Assembly (NCBI GenBank): GCA_028715965.1
Contig: JAQUQS010000004.1
Coordinates: 1 to 59,962, forward strand
Reading direction: 5' to 3'
Length of the DNA: 59,962 nucleotides
Origin: Candidatus Omnitrophota bacterium
GTDB taxonomy: Bacteria; Omnitrophota; Gorgyraeia; Tantalellales; Tantalellaceae
Below the pieces are notes generated by a model. That model worked only from the letters and a program-made list of their open reading frames with translations. It did no database searches and was not told where the DNA came from. This document shows, in pieces, positions 1 through 9,625 of the stretch. The position numbers and the translations under genes are program-made. Numbering within the stretch: the stretch's first letter is position 1; each line of letters opens with the position of its first letter.

Positions 1-1608
1 TTTGTTGTGAACCCCACATTCGAAGAGATAGAAGGCAGCCAGCTTGACCTTATCGTTGTTGGCAACAAGGACAGTGTGGTCATGCTCGAGGCCGGCTCAA
101 GCGACCTTGAAGAGGCCCAGATGCTGGAGGCGATAAAGAAAGCGCATGAGGGGATGAAACCCATCATCACGGCGCAGGAAGAGTTGCGCAAGAAGGTCGG
201 CAAGAAGAAGAGGGAAGATATTTCCTTTACCAGCGATATAAGTGAGCTTACGGCCCGTGTGTCCTCAAAATACAAGGCGAAGATAAAGGAAATACTGCAT
301 ATATCCGGCAAGCAGGACCGCGTGAACGAACTCGCGGCTGTTGCCGCGAAGGCGGTCGAGGATGAAGGTCCGGACGCGCCGGATACGATCAAGAAAGAGG
401 TCGGCCGCGCCGTCGGCGATATAGAGAAAGATATAGTCAGGGAGATGATCCTTAAGGAAAAGAAAAGGATAGACGGCCGCAAGTGCGACCAGATACGGCC
501 TTTGTCCTCCGAGATAAACATACTGCCCAGGACCCACGGGTGCGCGCTTTTCACGAGAGGTGAGACACAGGCCCTTGCCGTGGTCACACTAGGGACCAGC
601 ACGGATGAGCAGAGGATAGAGACCTTGATGGGAGAAGGTGTAAAGACGTTCATGCTCCACTATAATTTCCCGCCTTTCAGCGTCGGCGAGACAAAACCGC
701 TGCGAGGTCCGGGAAGACGCGAGATAGGGCACGGAGCCCTGGCGGAAAAGGCTATAAGACCCACGATACCTTCACAGGAATCATTTCCATACACGCTCCG
801 GATAGTCTCTGAGATACTTGAATCCAACGGGTCAAGCTCCATGGCCACGGTTTGCGCCAGTTCTCTGGCGCTTATGAGCAGCGGTGTCCCGGTATCGGGC
901 GCGGTAAGCGGTATCGCCATGGGCGTTATAGTAGATGGCAAGGATTACACCATACTCACGGATATAGCTGGTGCCGAGGACCATTATGGCGATATGGACT
1001 TCAAGGTAGCAGGGACCAGGAAAGGCATAACCGCCGTGCAGATGGACCTTAAGGTTAAGGGCGTGAGTTTCGAACTTCTCGCTGAAGCTTTCGAACAGGC
1101 GAAAAAGGCCAGGCTTGAGATATTGGACCACATGAAGGGTACGATAGCCGAACCCTTGGCGGATATCTCTCCCAACGCGCCTAGGATAGTATCGCTTAAG
1201 ATAAACACGGAGAAGATACGCGACGTGATCGGCCCGGGCGGGAAAATGATACGCAAGATCATCGCTGAGACCGGCGCGGATATCAATATCGAGGATGATG
1301 GGACATGCCAGATAGCGTCCGCCAACAAGGAATCCCTGGACAAAGCGGTCAAGTGGGTAAAGGACCTTACCGCCGAGCCGGAAGTCGGGAAGATATATGA
1401 CGCCAAAGTGGTCAAGTTAATGGCTTTCGGGGCGTTCTGTGAGTACATGCCGGGACAGGAAGGTCTTGTGCATGTGTCAGAGGTAGCGGATTCATATGTT
1501 AAGGACGTTAGCGAATTCCTTAAGGAAGGCCAGGAGATCAAGGTCAAACTTATAGGTATCGATGACCAGGGCCGTGTTAAACTGAGCATAAAACAAGCGG
1601 CAGCATAA
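1..1608 (+). CDS. pnp: Polyribonucleotide nucleotidyltransferase (PNPase), 5'-truncated by window edge
   Basis: RNase PH motifs FTRGETQ, RREIGHG, SNGSSSMA and DHYGDMDFKVAGT, followed by KH (IGPGGKMIR) and S1 (GLVHVSE) domains. Confidence 0.98.
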   Translation, partial: FVVNPTFEEIEGSQLDLIVVGNKDSVVMLEAGSSDLEEAQMLEAIKKAHEGMKPIITAQEELRKKVGKKKREDISFTSDISELTARVSSKYKAKIKEILHISGKQDRVNELAAVAAKAVEDEGPDAPDTIKKEVGRAVGDIEKDIVREMILKEKKRIDGRKCDQIRPLSSEINILPRTHGCALFTRGETQALAVVTLGTSTDEQRIETLMGEGVKTFMLHYNFPPFSVGETKPLRGPGRREIGHGALAEKAIRPTIPSQESFPYTLRIVSEILESNGSSSMATVCASSLALMSSGVPVSGAVSGIAMGVIVDGKDYTILTDIAGAEDHYGDMDFKVAGTRKGITAVQMDLKVKGVSFELLAEAFEQAKKARLEILDHMKGTIAEPLADISPNAPRIVSLKINTEKIRDVIGPGGKMIRKIIAETGADINIEDDGTCQIASANKESLDKAVKWVKDLTAEPEVGKIYDAKVVKLMAFGAFCEYMPGQEGLVHVSEVADSYVKDVSEFLKEGQEIKVKLIGIDDQGRVKLSIKQAAA

Positions 1609-1680
1609 CGACTATCTCGTAATTGCCGCGTTGTTCTGTACAACATTTTGACTGAAACCTAATATTCAGAAAACGGTCAA

Positions 1681-2130
1681 TTGAAGACGATCAAGATTCA
1701 CATAAAACGCAAGGACAGCGCTAGAGACCTGCCGATCCCGTCTTATGCCACCAGCGGTTCAAGCGGCATGGACCTGTATGCCGATGTTGACGCGGATACC
1801 CCTATTTTCCCGGGAGAGATAAAACTTGTATCATGTGGTGTATACCTTGAGATACCGGAGGGGTATGAGGCTGAAATAAGGCCGAGGAGTGGATTATCCC
1901 TTAAGCATGGGATAACGCTTGTTAACTCCCCTGGCACGATAGACAGTGATTACAGGGGGCTTCTTAACCTGATTTTAATAAACCTGGGTAAGACGGAGTT
2001 CGTCATAACTCGCGGGCAACGGCTCGCCCAGATGGTCATAAAAGAGGTCATCAGGGCGAAATTTGAGGAACGGGAGGAGCTGGAGAGCACCGAGCGTGCC
2101 CATGGAGGGTTCGGGCATACGGGTGTCTGA
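1681..2130 (+). CDS. dut: dUTP diphosphatase
   Basis: Motifs SGMDL, RPRSGL, GTIDSDYRG, RLAQMV, RAHGGFGHTG; TTG start. Confidence 0.97.
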   Translation: MKTIKIHIKRKDSARDLPIPSYATSGSSGMDLYADVDADTPIFPGEIKLVSCGVYLEIPEGYEAEIRPRSGLSLKHGITLVNSPGTIDSDYRGLLNLILINLGKTEFVITRGQRLAQMVIKEVIRAKFEEREELESTERAHGGFGHTGV

Positions 2131-2148
2131 CGGGTCCGGCAGTGTAAT

Positions 2149-2931
2149 ATGACGGTGATAGAAGCCGCGATATCGGGATTTATTCAGGGAGTCACCGAGT
2201 TCTTGCCGGTGTCGAGCTCCGGACATCTTGTTCTAGCTCACTATTTTTTCGGGTACGATGACCCGGGATTGTTCTATGACATATGTCTGCATTGTGCCAC
2301 GCTCGCCGCGGTGCTTGTATTCTTCGCGAGGGATATAAAGGATATCATTGTGGAACGCAGGTACAGTATGATCGCGTATATCGTCATCGGGACCATACCG
2401 GCGGTAGTTATGGCTCTTCTCGCCGGAGATGTCATTGAGAAGATGTTCTTTTCCGGCCCGGCCGGAGTGGCGTTAATGCTTTTTGTAACAGGAGCTGCTC
2501 TTTTCGCGGCGCATTATTCTTTCAGGCGTGGCGCGCCGGCTGCGAAGATAAGATGGGGAAAGGCACTTCTTATCGGGATCGCCCAGGCCATAGCGATCAT
2601 CCCGGGTATATCACGGAGTGGGTTCACCATAACCGCGGGCGCTATGACCGGATTGAGCCGCCCGGATGCTTTCAGATTCTCTTTTCTTTTATCGATACCG
2701 GCTATCCTGGGAGCTCTGGTGCTGAGTTTTATCAAGGGCGGCGCGCGGTTACCGTCAACGATGGCACCTGTCTCGTTCATCGCGGGTATGGTGGTGGCTT
2801 TCGTAGCGGGGCTCTTGAGCCTGAATGTTCTGAAAAAGGTCATTAAAGCGGGACGTTTGCCGTATTTTGGCGCGTATTGTATCTTGCTGGGCGCGGTGGT
2901 GTTGATAGTGTCTATCGCGACCGGTTCTTGA
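2149..2931 (+). CDS. uppP: Undecaprenyl-diphosphate phosphatase
   Basis: QGVTEFLPVSSSGHL and PGISRSG motifs; multiple TM segments. Confidence 0.95.
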   Translation: MTVIEAAISGFIQGVTEFLPVSSSGHLVLAHYFFGYDDPGLFYDICLHCATLAAVLVFFARDIKDIIVERRYSMIAYIVIGTIPAVVMALLAGDVIEKMFFSGPAGVALMLFVTGAALFAAHYSFRRGAPAAKIRWGKALLIGIAQAIAIIPGISRSGFTITAGAMTGLSRPDAFRFSFLLSIPAILGALVLSFIKGGARLPSTMAPVSFIAGMVVAFVAGLLSLNVLKKVIKAGRLPYFGAYCILLGAVVLIVSIATGS

Positions 2932-2947
2932 CATAAGGAGAGACATA

Positions 2948-5161
2948 TTGATGGATCAGGCCAGAAAAAACGAAATGATGGCTGTTCTTCTTTTCGCGAC
3001 CGGTTTATTCCTGTTCTTAAGCCTCTTTACGTTCACGGAACAGGACCTGTCCTTTTATACAAGTACACCTAACGCTATATGCCGCAATATGACAGGGGTA
3101 GTAGGCGCCTATCTTGGCGGCGCGTTCCTTTTTGTCGTAGGACGAGCCGCGTACGTATTTCCTCTCCTGTTCTTACTTTGGGGCATATCACGTTTATTGC
3201 AGATCGAAACGCGGAAGATATATTTCAAGTTATTCGGGACCCTGGTGCTTCTTGCGGCTGTAAGCGCTAGCTTGAGCATGGTCTCGGACGCTACTCGCGC
3301 TTCAGCTTTCAGCGCGGGGGGTCTTGTCGGTACGGTATCGTCCGGTTTTCTCCTGGAATACCTGGGGAAAGGGGGGGCCGCGCTTTTTATCATGGTCCTT
3401 ATCGCGCTTTCACTCCTTATCGCTACGGAATTCATGATACTTCCCATAGTCGTTTCTTGTTACCATTTTTTAAAGAAGTTGCCGGTGAAAATAAAGGAAC
3501 TGGTCCCGGAAAGAGAAGACAGCCTGATACAGAGGCCGGCCAAACCACGTGCTTCACGCAAAGAAATAGCCAAGAAACTTGAGATGATGAAAAAACAGGT
3601 CGAGGAGGTCCGCAAGACCGCCCTTGCCCCGGTAAAACAAAAAGCGGCTCCGGAACCACGGATAGTCCAGCCAGCGCGTCCTGAGAAAGTCGAAGTAAAA
3701 CCACAGAGGACAAAGGACGTAGCTGATACCGCTACCGGTGAAAAACTCGTTTATAACCTTCCTGGAATAGACATACTTAAGGGGCAGTCCAAAGTTAACG
3801 TGAGGGAAAGGGATGATGACCTGAAGGCCAAGGCCGCTGTTCTTGAGCGTACTCTTCTGGAGTTCGACGTGGAAGCCAAGGTAGTAAAGATAAACAGGGG
3901 GCCGGTGATAACCCTGTACGAGCTGGAGCCTTCTGTTGGTACAAAGGTGAACAAGATAACATCCCTTAGTGATAATATATCCCTGGCGATGAGGTCTGCT
4001 AATATAAGGATATTGGCGCCGATACCGGGTAAAGGGACTATCGGTATAGAAGTCCCGAACGATAAGCCGGAAAAGGTCCTGCTCCGGGACATATTGGAAT
4101 CTCCCGAGTATAGCGAAGAGACGTCCCCGATAAAAATAGCCCTAGGCAAGGATATATCCGGGACAACGATAGTAACGGACCTGGCCAAGATGCCGCATCT
4201 ACTTATCGCGGGCGCTACGGGATCAGGTAAGACAGTCTGCATAAACTGTATAATCAGCAGTATCCTTTTCAACGCGTCGCCTGACGAGGTCAAGTTCATG
4301 ATGATAGACCCAAAGCGGGTAGAGCTCATGATGTTCGAGGGGATCCCCCATCTCGTGTCACCCATTGTTACCAACCCCAAAAAGGCCGCGGCCGCCCTTA
4401 ACTGGGTTGTTGGGGAGATGGAACGGCGTTACGAGATATTCGCGGAAAAAGGGGTAAGGAATATCGCCAGCTATAAGGAGTCCGCCGGGGCGGAAGATAT
4501 GAACCTCCCATATATCGTGGTGATAGTGGATGAGCTTGCCGATCTCATGATGGTGGGGCAGCAGGATGTGGAGACCGCCATAATGCGTATCGCCCAGCTT
4601 TCCAGGGCCGCGGGTATACATATGATACTGGCCACGCAGCGTCCATCGGTCAATGTGATCACGGGCGTTATAAAGGCCAATATGCCGGCTCGTATCTCTT
4701 TTAAGGTGGCATCGAAGGTGGACTCGCGTACAGTTCTTGATGCTAACGGGGCGGAAAAACTGCTCGGCAGGGGTGATATGCTGCTTATGGAGCCGGGTGA
4801 ATCATCTCTTATCAGGGGCCAGTGCTCGCTTGTTGAGGATTCAGAGCTGCGCAGGATAGTCAAGGAGATAAAGGTCCAGGCCGGTCCGAGGTACATAGAG
4901 TCCGCTGTGGAAAAACAGGAGAAGAAAGGCCTGGGGGTGGAACAGGAGAAAGATGATCTTTACCACGAGGCCGTAAGGATAGTTATCGAGACGAAACAGG
5001 CCTCGGTATCTATGGTACAAAGGAAGCTCAGGGTAGGGTATACACGCGCGGCGCGGATGATCGATATCATGGAGGAAGAAGGTATAGTCGGCCCTTATAA
5101 CGGTTCAAAACCGCGTGAGATACTTGTCGAAGGGGTCGAGGAGCTGGAAGGAACGGAATAA
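2948..5161 (+). CDS. ftsK: FtsK/SpoIIIE DNA translocase
   Basis: N-terminal TM segments, Walker A GATGSGKT, DELADLM, ATQRPS, gamma domain QRKLRVGYTRAAR. Confidence 0.97.
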   Translation: MMDQARKNEMMAVLLFATGLFLFLSLFTFTEQDLSFYTSTPNAICRNMTGVVGAYLGGAFLFVVGRAAYVFPLLFLLWGISRLLQIETRKIYFKLFGTLVLLAAVSASLSMVSDATRASAFSAGGLVGTVSSGFLLEYLGKGGAALFIMVLIALSLLIATEFMILPIVVSCYHFLKKLPVKIKELVPEREDSLIQRPAKPRASRKEIAKKLEMMKKQVEEVRKTALAPVKQKAAPEPRIVQPARPEKVEVKPQRTKDVADTATGEKLVYNLPGIDILKGQSKVNVRERDDDLKAKAAVLERTLLEFDVEAKVVKINRGPVITLYELEPSVGTKVNKITSLSDNISLAMRSANIRILAPIPGKGTIGIEVPNDKPEKVLLRDILESPEYSEETSPIKIALGKDISGTTIVTDLAKMPHLLIAGATGSGKTVCINCIISSILFNASPDEVKFMMIDPKRVELMMFEGIPHLVSPIVTNPKKAAAALNWVVGEMERRYEIFAEKGVRNIASYKESAGAEDMNLPYIVVIVDELADLMMVGQQDVETAIMRIAQLSRAAGIHMILATQRPSVNVITGVIKANMPARISFKVASKVDSRTVLDANGAEKLLGRGDMLLMEPGESSLIRGQCSLVEDSELRRIVKEIKVQAGPRYIESAVEKQEKKGLGVEQEKDDLYHEAVRIVIETKQASVSMVQRKLRVGYTRAARMIDIMEEEGIVGPYNGSKPREILVEGVEELEGTE

Positions 5162-5164
5162 ACC

Positions 5165-6292
5165 ATGACCAAGCCAAAAGACATAGGTAATAAGCTGAAG
5201 GAGTTGCGTGAACGTAAGGGAATGAACGTTGACGAGGCCTCGCAAGCTAGCAAAATACACATAAATGTCATTAGCGACATAGAGAACGGCGTGTTCAGCC
5301 GGCTCAATAAATTGTATCTGAAAAGTTTCATAAAGAAATATGCCGAGTTCCTGGGCGCGAATACGAATGACATCCTCAAGATGTTCTCCGATATCGTCAA
5401 CGTTATGCCCGAGAAGCAGTTCACGTTCGACGTGCAGGACAAAAAGCCCATAGCGGTCCCCAAAAAAACTCCCGCAGTGAAGAAGCCAGCTGCTTCCGTA
5501 AAAAAACCGTTACTGGCGATAGTGCCGCCCAAGGTCAAGGTGGATAAGGACAAGGCCCAGAACATGCTGGTCATAGCGCTTACGGTGGCGTTCTGTATCC
5601 TGTTCATAGTGTTCCTCGGTATGCTGCACGCTAGATTTTCCAGTGGGACCAGGCCGGAGACCGCGCGTAAGGTCGAGAAAACCGAGGTGAGAACGGACAA
5701 AAGCCCGGCCAAGACATCATCCAGGGATAAAGCTAAAAAGACACAGGATACTTCTACCGCTAAGCAGGTAAAGGCCGAACCTGTGAAAAAAGAAGTTAGA
5801 AAACCCGTCGTTATAGCCAAAAAAGAGAAACAAGCCGCGGCCAAAAAAGAAGTAAAGCCTGAACCCAAACCGGTACCGACGCCAAAACCGGAGACAAAGG
5901 TTGAGCCCCCCAAGGAAGCGCCTGTCCGGCAGAAGCCTGTCGAGCAGCCAGCACCGGTAGTTGCGGCCAAGCCTTTAGTCACGACAGCTCCCGCGGAGGA
6001 GAAGCCTGCCGCGAGCGGACCGTTCATTTTCACGCTTAAAGCCAATGGTGACGCTTGGGTCCAGATCAATAAGGGTGAGGAAAAAATATATGTCGGCATA
6101 ATGCAGGCAGGGGATTCCAAGACCTGGCGTGCCGATGGCACCCTCAACATCTGGACGGGGAAAGCCGAGATGTTGGAATTTATCATTAACAGCCATAAAA
6201 TAGGAAAAGTTGCCGACGGTGTGGTTAAGAACATCGAAGTGTCGGATAAGGGAGTTAATGTTAACGGCAACTGGGTTTACCGTATAGAATAG
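5165..6292 (+). CDS. rodZ: RodZ-like protein (XRE HTH, TM, Pro/Lys-rich linker, C-terminal DUF4115-like domain)
   Basis: HTH with YLKSFIKKYAEFLG, single TM helix, C-terminal beta domain; ftsK-rodZ-rimO-pgsA synteny. Confidence 0.8.
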   Translation: MTKPKDIGNKLKELRERKGMNVDEASQASKIHINVISDIENGVFSRLNKLYLKSFIKKYAEFLGANTNDILKMFSDIVNVMPEKQFTFDVQDKKPIAVPKKTPAVKKPAASVKKPLLAIVPPKVKVDKDKAQNMLVIALTVAFCILFIVFLGMLHARFSSGTRPETARKVEKTEVRTDKSPAKTSSRDKAKKTQDTSTAKQVKAEPVKKEVRKPVVIAKKEKQAAAKKEVKPEPKPVPTPKPETKVEPPKEAPVRQKPVEQPAPVVAAKPLVTTAPAEEKPAASGPFIFTLKANGDAWVQINKGEEKIYVGIMQAGDSKTWRADGTLNIWTGKAEMLEFIINSHKIGKVADGVVKNIEVSDKGVNVNGNWVYRIE

Positions 6293-6299
6293 GCCGTTT

Positions 6300-7631
6300 A
6301 TGCTGACAGCCTACCTTTTAAGCCTTGGATGTCCGCGGAACATGATCGACAGTGAGGTCCTTCTCGGTCTTCTTGAGAAGAAAGGCGTGACCATCGCCGA
6401 ATCGCCTGAGGGAACGGACATCGCTATCGTGAATACCTGCGGGTTCATCAATGACGCCAAGCAGGAATCCATAAATTACATACTTGAACTTGCCGAGATG
6501 AAAAAACTTGGGGATATAAAAAAACTGGTCGTATGCGGCTGTTTGCCGCAGCGGTACCCCCTGGAACTACGGGAAGAGATCAAGGAGATAGATGCCATTT
6601 TCGGAACGGCGGATTTTATCCGCATTCCGGACCTTTGGGACAGGATAATGAGCGGTAGGCCGGTGAATGAGGTGTCCGCTGCCCCGGATTTCTTGTATGA
6701 TCACACTTATCCCAGGAAACTCATACCGTCGAAACATTTTACATATGTCAAGATACAGGAAGGATGTTCCAACAGGTGTTCTTATTGCGTGATACCTGAT
6801 CTTAAGGGCCCCAGGCGTAGCCGTATCGTTAGTTCTGTGGAGGCGGAAGTAAAAGCCCTCAGGGCCGAACATGGTGTCAGGGAAGTGATATTGATAGGGC
6901 AGGACACCACATCGTTCGGTATGGACCGTGGAGTGTATGGGGAGCTTGCGGTGCTATTGCGCAAGCTTTCTCCGCTGGTTGAGGACGGCTGGCTCAGGCT
7001 TTTGTATACGCACCCCGCGCATATCACGGAAGAGATCATAAATATAATGGCGGATACCCCGAATATCTGTAATTATCTGGACCTTCCCATACAACACATA
7101 AGCGACAGGGTGCTAAATGACATGAATCGACGCGTTACCATGCAAAGGATCCGGGATGTCCTGGGTTTTGTCCGGCGCAAAGTGCCGGAAGTTATTATCC
7201 GTACCTCGGTCATAGCCGGTTTCCCTGGAGAGACAGAGAATGAGTTCAGGCAGCTTATGGATTTTTTGAGGGAGGTAAAGTTCGATCGGCTGGGAGCGTT
7301 CGTTTACTCACGTGAGGAGGGCACCCCGGCCGCGAAAATGTCGGGACAGGTGCCGGAAAAGGTAAAAATGGAACGTATGGCGGAGATAATGGCTTTGCAG
7401 CAGGAGATATCGGCGGAGAATAACATGAAATACATCGGCCGTACTTACCGGGCCATCGTGGATGAGATAGTTGAGGGATCCGATACCGAGTATATAGGCA
7501 GGACCTATATGGATGCCCCGGAAGTAGACGGGGTGATGTATATAAGAGGAAAAGGATTGAGTGCTGGTGACATGGTGGACGTAAGGGTAACAGGCAGTAT
7601 GGAATATGATCTTATAGGAGAAGTGGCATGA
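6300..7631 (+). CDS. rimO: Ribosomal protein S12 methylthiotransferase
   Basis: LGCPRNMIDSE, radical SAM CSNRCSYC, TRAM domain with DAPEVDG; located just before pgsA. Confidence 0.93.
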   Translation: MLTAYLLSLGCPRNMIDSEVLLGLLEKKGVTIAESPEGTDIAIVNTCGFINDAKQESINYILELAEMKKLGDIKKLVVCGCLPQRYPLELREEIKEIDAIFGTADFIRIPDLWDRIMSGRPVNEVSAAPDFLYDHTYPRKLIPSKHFTYVKIQEGCSNRCSYCVIPDLKGPRRSRIVSSVEAEVKALRAEHGVREVILIGQDTTSFGMDRGVYGELAVLLRKLSPLVEDGWLRLLYTHPAHITEEIINIMADTPNICNYLDLPIQHISDRVLNDMNRRVTMQRIRDVLGFVRRKVPEVIIRTSVIAGFPGETENEFRQLMDFLREVKFDRLGAFVYSREEGTPAAKMSGQVPEKVKMERMAEIMALQQEISAENNMKYIGRTYRAIVDEIVEGSDTEYIGRTYMDAPEVDGVMYIRGKGLSAGDMVDVRVTGSMEYDLIGEVA

Positions 7632-8215
7632 ACATCGCGAACAAAGTGACGGTATCACGTATATTCCTTGTTTTTATCTTTATGGGGCTTCTTTACGTCA
7701 AAGGTGTCTACGCCAAGAGCGCCGCGCTCCTGGTCTTCCTGGTAGCGGCGCTAACGGATTATTTTGACGGGTATCTGGCCAAGAAGTACAACTGCATATC
7801 GGATTTCGGGAAGATCATGGACCCGATCGCGGACAAAATGCTTACCCTGGGAGCTTTTATAGCGTTTGTCGAAATGAAGATAGTGCCGGCATGGATGGTA
7901 GCGCTTATTATTTTAAGGGAACTGGTGATAACCAGTATACGTATAAAGGCTCTTACCAAGAAAGAAGTGCTTCCCGCGGGTAAGGGTGGAAAACACAAGA
8001 CCGTGTTCCAGATGTTCTCGATATTGATAATATTAATATTCATCGTGTATAAAGAAAGTAAATGGACCGGGGGCACGTGGACCGCGGATTTCGAATACTG
8101 GTATAAACAGATGATCTTCGGGGTAATGATAATTACCACCACACTTACCGTGGCTACCGGGCTTTCATATATATTAGGTAACAAAGCGTACCTGTTCAAC
8201 GATGGGGATAAATGA
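7628..8215 (+). CDS. pgsA: CDP-diacylglycerol--glycerol-3-phosphate 3-phosphatidyltransferase
   Basis: TDYFDGYLAKKY...FGKIMDPIADK CDP-alcohol phosphotransferase motif. Confidence 0.95.
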   Translation: MNIANKVTVSRIFLVFIFMGLLYVKGVYAKSAALLVFLVAALTDYFDGYLAKKYNCISDFGKIMDPIADKMLTLGAFIAFVEMKIVPAWMVALIILRELVITSIRIKALTKKEVLPAGKGGKHKTVFQMFSILIILIFIVYKESKWTGGTWTADFEYWYKQMIFGVMIITTTLTVATGLSYILGNKAYLFNDGDK

Positions 8216-8673
8216 ACCTGGATAAGCTTTGCGACAGGATAGCTACTATAATGGGACTGGGCAGGTTGCCTTACGCACCGGGGACGTGGGGTAGCGTTGC
8301 CGGGCTTGCGGCAGTTCTCCTGGTAAGCGGACATATTTTTCTCTATTTAACCGTAATGATCTCTTCCTCTATATTAGGTATTATTGTGTCTGGTAGGATA
8401 GCCGACATAACCGGGGAAAATGACCCTTCTTTTGTTGTTATCGACGAATTCGTGGGTATTTTCTTTGTTTTTCTTTTCATGCCGATAAATGTCGCAACCG
8501 TTATTACAGGTTTTATCCTTTTCAGGCTTCTTGATATCTTTAAACCTTTTCCAATTAGGAAGATAGAACAAATACCCGGAGGATGGGGCATAATGGCCGA
8601 TGATATCGCGGCCGGGCTTATCGCTAATCTCCTGCTCAGGGCGCTACTACATACCTACCTGCTTTATCGTTAA
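8212..8673 (+). CDS. pgpA: Phosphatidylglycerophosphatase A
   Basis: APGTWGS, VVIDEFVG, FRLLDIFKPFPI, GIMADD motifs. Confidence 0.95.
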   Translation: MNLDKLCDRIATIMGLGRLPYAPGTWGSVAGLAAVLLVSGHIFLYLTVMISSSILGIIVSGRIADITGENDPSFVVIDEFVGIFFVFLFMPINVATVITGFILFRLLDIFKPFPIRKIEQIPGGWGIMADDIAAGLIANLLLRALLHTYLLYR

Positions 8674-8735
8674 TACCTACAATATATTACACATAATAGC
8701 GCTGTTAACCGATGTTTCCCGCGTCAACGCTCTTC

Positions 8736-9103
8736 AAAACCGTTTTTAAAATCAAACCTGGATCTGTCACTGTTTTCACTCTCAAACCTGTACCCGATTT
8801 TGATCTTAGACCTGTACCAGGTTTTGTTCCGAGAGCTGTCCTTCAAGAGCTAAGGCTTTGAGTTTTTATGTAAAAGTGTCTTAGTTGGTGGGTACAGGTT
8901 TAGCTTTGAGAATATAAACGGTTTAACTTTAATAATGGACCAGGTTTGTGTTTGAAGACAAAAATGGTTTTGAGAGTGTATTGTTCCCGGACCGGTACGC
9001 TAAGTGCTAGAAGGTTTTGAGTCTTTATGTAAAAGGATCTTATGGGGTACAGGTCTCTGCTTGATCCTGGGTACAGGTTTAGCTTTTAGAATAGAAACGG
9101 TTT
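8736..9103. repeat. Cluster of short inverted/direct repeats (REP/MITE-like)
   Basis: GGTACAGGT on + at 8891, 9046, 9070 and on - (ACCTGTACC) at 8786, 8810; 35-nt direct repeat 8890-8924 vs 9069-9103 (33/35 identical); 22-nt repeat 8855-8876 vs 9014-9035 (20/22). Confidence 0.75.
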
Positions 9104-9166
9104 TGTGCTTTAAAGTTCCTCTTTACCTATATACTTATAAAAATACTTGTTAATTTTCAATTAAAT

Positions 9167-9194
9167 TTGACTTTTATGGATCCGTTATTATACT
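9167..9194 (+). promoter_or_regulatory. Sigma70-type promoter for the island operon
   Basis: TTGACT-N16-TATACT in an AT-rich stretch upstream of the HTH gene. Confidence 0.5.
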
Positions 9195-9353
9195 CTTTAA
9201 CATATAACAAACAACAATAAGAGGTATAAAAATATAGTCGAACGTATAAAATACAGTAAAATCTATTAGTACAAGTAACCTAACCGGGTGGGGGAAATGT
9301 TACTGTTCTTATTAGATAAAGTCGAATATTTATTCGACTATCTTTGTGTTCAT

Positions 9354-9396
9354 AATCGGCATTTTTTCTTGAATGAGAAAAAATAGCCGATTTTTT
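9354..9396 (+). terminator. Terminator-like hairpin in the 5' leader
   Basis: AATCGGC-ATTTTTTCT / AGAAAAAAT-a-GCCGATT stem followed by a T run, ending 4 nt before the AAGGGGAG RBS. Confidence 0.5.
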
Positions 9397-9413
9397 ATTT
9401 AAGGGGAGCTTAT

Positions 9414-9593
9414 ATGTCGAATACTATGATGACGGTAAAAGATGTGGCGGAATATCTTAAGATGAAGACGGTGACTATCTATAAACACGCCCAGGATGGT
9501 AAGATCCCTGCCTTTAAGGTGGGATCGACCTGGCGGTTCAAGAAAGAAACCATTGATAAGTGGATCGAGGACCAGGAAAAGAATTACAAATAA
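9414..9593 (+). CDS. Small excisionase-like (HTH_17/MerR-like) DNA-binding protein, 59 aa, absent from ORF track
   Basis: Hand translation MSNTMMTVKDVAEYLKMKTVTIYKHAQDGKIPAFKVGSTWRFKKETIDKWIEDQEKNYK; strong RBS AAGGGGAG. Confidence 0.92.
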   Translation: MSNTMMTVKDVAEYLKMKTVTIYKHAQDGKIPAFKVGSTWRFKKETIDKWIEDQEKNYK

Positions 9594-9625
9594 CACATCG
9601 GTTATATAGCGGGATGTAACACATT

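Noticed and set aside
1633-1646. TGTTC-N4-CAACA as a Verrucomicrobia-type SOS box before dut
   Set aside because: A single copy with one mismatch and no match at uvrA; not distinguishable from chance
8849-9035. dif-like TTATGTAAA arms at 8866 and 9025
   Set aside because: No matching XerC arm at 6-bp spacing; they are part of the local direct repeat
9200-9400. Known riboswitch such as c-di-GMP-I/II, SAM or TPP
   Set aside because: Consensus cores are not found; kept only as an unassigned structured leader
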